Below, in pieces: positions 59,789-64,000 of a stretch of 64,000 nucleotides of DNA. Each line of letters opens with the position of its first letter. The stretch's first letter is position 1. Below the pieces are notes generated by a model. It did no database searches. It saw only the letters and a program-made list of their open reading frames with translations, and was not told the origin of the DNA. Origin of the DNA: an uncultured Gemmatimonadales bacterium (GTDB lineage: Bacteria; Gemmatimonadota; Gemmatimonadetes; Palauibacterales; Palauibacteraceae); the NCBI GenBank assembly GCA_963783385.1, contig CAWANJ010000009.1:160001-224000 (forward strand). The letters run 5' to 3'. Made by a program: the position numbers and the translations under genes.

Positions 59789-60952
59789 ATGGCCAGGGAC
59801 TACTACGACATCCTGGGAGTCTCCCGGGACGCCGACGAACAGGAGATCAAGAAGGCGTACCGGAAGCTGGCCATGAAGTACCATCCGGACCGCAACGACG
59901 CGCCGGAGGCCGAGGATCGCTTCAAGGAGGTCACCGAGGCGTACGAGGTACTGCGGGATCCCGAGCAGCGGGCCCGCTACGACCGCTTCGGCGAGGCGGG
60001 CGTGGGTCGAGGAGGAGGCCCGGGAGCGGGCGGCTTCGGCGGCGCCTTCGACCTGGGGGATGCCTTCGAGCTGTTCATGCGCGAATTCGGGGGCATGGGC
60101 GGCGCGTTCGGCGACATGTTCGGCGGCGGGCGCCGGCGGGGGGGACGCACGGGCCCCCGGCGAGGCAGCGACATCAGGGTCCGGCTGTCGATCGAGCTGG
60201 CCGAGGCGGCCCGTGGCGTCGAGAAGACGCTGCGCCTGAAGATCCTCGACCCGTGCGAGCGCTGCGACGGCACCGGCGCCGAGCCGGGCACCTCCCCGGA
60301 GACGTGCCCCACCTGTGGGGGGGCCGGCGAGGTGCGCCAGGTCCAGCGCTCGATGCTGGGCCAGCTGGTGAGCGTACGACCATGTCCCGACTGCGGCGGT
60401 GAGGGCGTGCGCATCGCCAGCCGGTGCGAGGCGTGCCGCGGGGATGGCCGGGTGCGGGAGGAGCGCACGATCAAGGTCGACGTTCCGGCCGGGGTCTCGT
60501 CCGACGACGTGCTCAAGCTGAGCGGTCGGGGCAACGCCGGCCCGCGCGGCGGAGGGCGTGGCGACGTGCTGGTCGTCATCGACGTCGAGGCGGATCCCCG
60601 GTTTGAGCGCCGTGGGGACGACCTTCTGATGGACCTGCCGGTCACCTTCAGCCAGGCGGCACTCGGGGCCGAGATCGAGGTCCCGACGATCGAGGGCACG
60701 GAGACGGTCTCCGTACCGGCCGGGATCCAGGGCGGTCAGGCCATCCGGCTGCGGGGTCGTGGCATGCCGCGGCTTCGCGCCTCGGGCCGCGGCGACCAGA
60801 TCGTGCGGGTGCGCGTGTGGACGCCGGTCGACCTGAGCCGGGAGCAGCGCGAGGCCCTGGAGCGGCTGGCCGAGACCGAGTCCGAGCCTCCCGCCCCCGA
60901 CCACAGGGAGCCGGGCTTCTGGGAGCGGGTCAAGCAAGCGTTCACCGCGTAG
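59789..60952 (+). CDS. dnaJ: Chaperone DnaJ
   Basis: J domain with HPD, G/F-rich region, four CxxCxGxG repeats. Confidence 0.97.
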   Translation: MARDYYDILGVSRDADEQEIKKAYRKLAMKYHPDRNDAPEAEDRFKEVTEAYEVLRDPEQRARYDRFGEAGVGRGGGPGAGGFGGAFDLGDAFELFMREFGGMGGAFGDMFGGGRRRGGRTGPRRGSDIRVRLSIELAEAARGVEKTLRLKILDPCERCDGTGAEPGTSPETCPTCGGAGEVRQVQRSMLGQLVSVRPCPDCGGEGVRIASRCEACRGDGRVREERTIKVDVPAGVSSDDVLKLSGRGNAGPRGGGRGDVLVVIDVEADPRFERRGDDLLMDLPVTFSQAALGAEIEVPTIEGTETVSVPAGIQGGQAIRLRGRGMPRLRASGRGDQIVRVRVWTPVDLSREQREALERLAETESEPPAPDHREPGFWERVKQAFTA

Positions 60953-60974
60953 GGCGGCGCGGGCGAGGTGGGAA

Positions 60975-63023
60975 CTACAGCAGTCCGCGGCGAATGAGCG
61001 CCTCCGCCGGTTGGCGCCAGTCCTCGGGCTCGGCGGTGTCCGCCCAGTCGGGGGGCAGCAAGGAGCGACGCGAAGACCAGATCCTCCCGACGCGCCACGC
61101 TCTCTGCAGCGTCGCCCACAGGGCCCGCACGCCGGATCGGGTGCCGAGCACGGTGTGCCGCGCCCGATCGGCGTGACCGCCGCGGAGCGCCCCGGCGCCC
61201 TTCCTCTCGGACAGCGCCAGGTGGGTGGCCGAGCGCACCAGCGCCAGGTGCGTGAAGGCCTGCGGGAAGTTGCCCAGGAAGGCGCCGGTGTCCGGGTCGA
61301 TCTCTTCGGAATAGAGGCCCACGTCGTTGGCGTGGCCCAGCAGGTTCTCGAACAGTCGACGCGCCTCCGATTGGCGTTCCGTCAGGAGCAGGGCGTCCAC
61401 CAGCCAGAAGCTGCAGATGAGGAACGCCCCCTCCTGGCCCTCGAGTCCGTCGGCGCTGGCGTAGCGGCGGACGAAGTCGCCCTCCCTGAGCGTCGCTTCG
61501 ACCCAGCGCACCGTGGCGTCGAGCACGTCCTCGCCCGCCGGAAAGCCCACACCGGGCGTCATGAGCAGGGCGGCGTCGGTGGCGTTCTCGTCGTAGGCCT
61601 GCCGCAGCCCGCCGGTGTCGGGGTCCACGCCCCGGGACAGCACCTCGTCGCGGATCCGGTCCCTGAGCTCCACGGCGTCCGCGTCCCCGAACATCCGGTG
61701 GATGCGGTCGGCGGCCACCCAGCTCATGATCTTGCCGTACACGTGCTGCCTCGGGCCGGAGCGCATCTCCCAGATGCCGCGGTCGGGCTCGTCCCAGCGC
61801 TCGGCCACGTGGTCCAGGAGCGAGTGTAGGAAGCGCTCACCCTCCTGCGAGAACCGGCCGCCCAGGATCGTATACAGCAGGGCCCAGTCGATGACCTCCC
61901 CGTACACGTCCAGCTGCTCCTGTCCGTAGGCGTCGTTGCCCACCCGAACCGGACGGCTGCCGCGCCAGCCTTCCAGGTGGTCGAGCGTCGACTCGGCGAG
62001 CTCCGTCTCCCCGAGGATCCCGTACATGATCTGGATCGCCGGACGGGTGGCCTGCGTGGCGCGCATGAGGAACGTCGAGAAGTCGTGGGCCTCACCGGTG
62101 TAGCCGATGGCCGACAGTGCCTGCAGCGTGAGGGTGGAGTCCCTGAGCCAGCAGTACCGGTAGTCCCAGTTCCGTCGTCCGCGCGGCCACTCGGGGAGGG
62201 AGGTGGTGGGGGCCGCCACGATGGCCCCGCTGGGCGCGAAGGTGAGGAGCTTGAGGACGAGGGCGCTCCGCAGGACCTCGCTCTCGTAAGGGCCCTCGTA
62301 CCGACAGTAGTCGGACCACTCCTCCCAGAAGGCCCGGGTGATGTCGTGGAGCCGGTCCACGCGTCGGGCGGGATCCTCAGCGCGGATCGGCGCCGAGGCC
62401 AGCACGAGCCGCCTGCGCTCGGCGGGAGTGGCCGTGAATTCGGCTTCGACGAGCCCGTCTCCGTCTCCGGGTCGCCAATCGACCTCTCCCCACAGCTCCG
62501 GCCCGTCACCGTCGCAACGGACCCGGTCCCCCGCCACCGAGAGGGCCGGCTTGCGGCGCGCGAACTCCGCGGACGGCCGGCAGCGCACGCGCAGGGGCAC
62601 GGAGCCCTCGAGGCCGTCCACGACCCTCACGAGCCACGACGGGGTGCGAAGGGTGGTGTAGTCGTGCACGCCGCAGCCCACGGCGCGTCCCACGGGCATG
62701 AAGTCGGTGACCGACACGGAGCCCCGCTCGGTCCGGAACACGGTCCGCAGGAGGTTGGTGCGGGGTTCGTAGGACCGGTGCACGGTGTGCTCGACCCGCG
62801 GACGGATGGAGAAGAAGCCGCCCCTGCTCCAGTCCAGGATGCGGCAGAGGACGGGGTCCGCGTCGAACCTGCGAAGGCAGCACCAGTCCACGCTCCCGGC
62901 CCGGGAGACCAGCGCCGAGCCGTGACAGTCGCCGATGAGCGCGTACTCTCGCAGGGAAGGGTAGGGGCCGGACTCCGCGGGGGCGAACCGCGGGTCGGCG
63001 CTCCCGGAGGGGGTGTCGGTCAA
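60975..63023 (-). CDS. Glycoside hydrolase family 15 (trehalase/glucoamylase-like)
   Basis: YALIGDCHGSALV, AAPTTSLPE..RNWDYRYCWLRD, QLDVYGE, GIWEMR, EGAFLICSFW, LGNFPQAFTH; TTGA overlap with glk. Confidence 0.93.
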   Translation of the reverse strand: MTDTPSGSADPRFAPAESGPYPSLREYALIGDCHGSALVSRAGSVDWCCLRRFDADPVLCRILDWSRGGFFSIRPRVEHTVHRSYEPRTNLLRTVFRTERGSVSVTDFMPVGRAVGCGVHDYTTLRTPSWLVRVVDGLEGSVPLRVRCRPSAEFARRKPALSVAGDRVRCDGDGPELWGEVDWRPGDGDGLVEAEFTATPAERRRLVLASAPIRAEDPARRVDRLHDITRAFWEEWSDYCRYEGPYESEVLRSALVLKLLTFAPSGAIVAAPTTSLPEWPRGRRNWDYRYCWLRDSTLTLQALSAIGYTGEAHDFSTFLMRATQATRPAIQIMYGILGETELAESTLDHLEGWRGSRPVRVGNDAYGQEQLDVYGEVIDWALLYTILGGRFSQEGERFLHSLLDHVAERWDEPDRGIWEMRSGPRQHVYGKIMSWVAADRIHRMFGDADAVELRDRIRDEVLSRGVDPDTGGLRQAYDENATDAALLMTPGVGFPAGEDVLDATVRWVEATLREGDFVRRYASADGLEGQEGAFLICSFWLVDALLLTERQSEARRLFENLLGHANDVGLYSEEIDPDTGAFLGNFPQAFTHLALVRSATHLALSERKGAGALRGGHADRARHTVLGTRSGVRALWATLQRAWRVGRIWSSRRSLLPPDWADTAEPEDWRQPAEALIRRGLL

Positions 63024-64000
63024 CCCGCGCTCCGCGTCGCCGCCCCGTCTTGTCCGGACGCCTCTTCCCCCCCGTGCGAGGCGGCCGCGGCGGCGCCCAG
63101 CAGTCCGACATCCTCGTCCAGGATGACGCGGACGGGAATGGCCTCCATGTAGGCGCGCATCCGCCCTTTGTCCCGGAAGGCGTCCATGAAACGTCCGTCG
63201 CGGAGAGCCGGGAGGAGTTTGGGAGCGATGCCTCCGGCCACGTACACGCCGCCGCGAGCGCCGATGGTGAGAGCGACGTCGCCCGCCACCGCACCGTAGC
63301 AGCGCACGAACAGGGACAGGGCCCGCTCGCACAGACGGTCGTCGCCCGCCAGGCCGTGCCTGGAGACCACCGCGGCCGGATCCTCCTCCTCCATCTCGCC
63401 GCGGACTTCGGCGCGTTCGGGAGGGTCGCCTGCCTCCCGCAGGTACCGGTAGATATCAGCGAGGCCGTCACCCGACAGGACCCGTTCGCGGGAGGCGCGC
63501 CCGTAGCGCTCGGCCAGGAAGGCGGCCAGGCGCCGTTCGACCTCGTCCCGCGGGGCGAAGCCGGCGTGCCCACCTTCGGACGAGTAGACCCGCGGAGGGT
63601 CGATCGAGGGGTCCAGGTAGCCTACCCCGAGGCCCGTTCCCGCGCCGACCAGGCCCACGGGCGCCCCTTCGATCGGCTCGCCGGGCTGCAGAACGGCGAG
63701 CTCCTCTGGATCGAGGAGGAGAACGCCGTGACCAATGGCATCGAAATCGTTCAGGAGGCGCACCCGCCCGATCCCCGTGGCCCGCTGCAGGTCCTCCTCC
63801 GCCACCACCCAATCCAGGTTGGGCAGCCGGCTGCGACCGTCCTCCACGGGCCCGGCCAGCCCGAAGCAGGCCCGCTCCGGAACGTCCTCCTCTTCGGACA
63901 GGAAGGCCTGGACGATGGGCTCGAGGGCGTCGTACTCCGGGCTGGGCCACCGATCCTCGCGGAGCTTCTCGGGCCGCCGCCCGGAGGAGGCTCCGTAGGT
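63020..64000 (-). CDS. glk: Glucokinase (5' end beyond the window)
   Basis: ACFGLAGPV, LLNDFDA, GAGTGLG, SEGGH, ERVLSGDGL, GGVYVAGGIAPK, FRDKGRM. Confidence 0.93.
   Translation of the reverse strand, partial: TYGASSGRRPEKLREDRWPSPEYDALEPIVQAFLSEEEDVPERACFGLAGPVEDGRSRLPNLDWVVAEEDLQRATGIGRVRLLNDFDAIGHGVLLLDPEELAVLQPGEPIEGAPVGLVGAGTGLGVGYLDPSIDPPRVYSSEGGHAGFAPRDEVERRLAAFLAERYGRASRERVLSGDGLADIYRYLREAGDPPERAEVRGEMEEEDPAAVVSRHGLAGDDRLCERALSLFVRCYGAVAGDVALTIGARGGVYVAGGIAPKLLPALRDGRFMDAFRDKGRMRAYMEAIPVRVILDEDVGLLGAAAAASHGGEEASGQDGAATRSAG

Noticed and set aside
60975-63332. GH15 with a long N-terminal extension or fusion to glucokinase
   Set aside because: The extension overlaps glk in another frame; TTG at 63023 overlapping the glk stop is the likelier start.

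Overview
High-GC bacterial chromosomal window. Gene content and order (plug-only TonB lipoprotein, DUF5916 protein, ylbF-pgsA-ino1-tmk-S41 block) suggest Gemmatimonadota; this is inference. Positions 1-10.7 kb are the end of a surface-polysaccharide locus: GT4s, a Wzx flippase, an inverted lipoprotein glycoside hydrolase, then rfbC-SDR-rfbA-rfbD and a SAF-domain oxidoreductase, with no rfbB. The first ~5.8 kb is visibly lower in GC. The rest is mostly housekeeping and metabolism: GntR, two tandem ZIP transporters, TPP riboswitch-thiC, IorAB-type Mo enzyme, NUDIX, 2TM-patatin, TonB, proline dehydrogenase, RlmI-like methylase, a PA0069-family radical SAM gene with a candidate LexA box, an APC-EIIA-RCK_C fusion, rpmE-prfA-prmC, TBDR-ggt, inositol-lipid genes, obgE-dprA-hemW-hrcA-dnaJ and GH15-glk. 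About 13 single-base frameshifts, including one in prmC, look like long-read assembly errors. Four separate gene remnants (SIMPL, MscS, LA_2272-like repeat, DUF2064/TIGR04282) look like real deletions. No CRISPR, tRNA, rRNA, IS or phage was seen. Best candidates for new biology: the RfbB-less nucleotide-sugar pathway, the inositol-lipid pair, the degenerate NUDIX next to a membrane patatin, and the plug-only lipoprotein.
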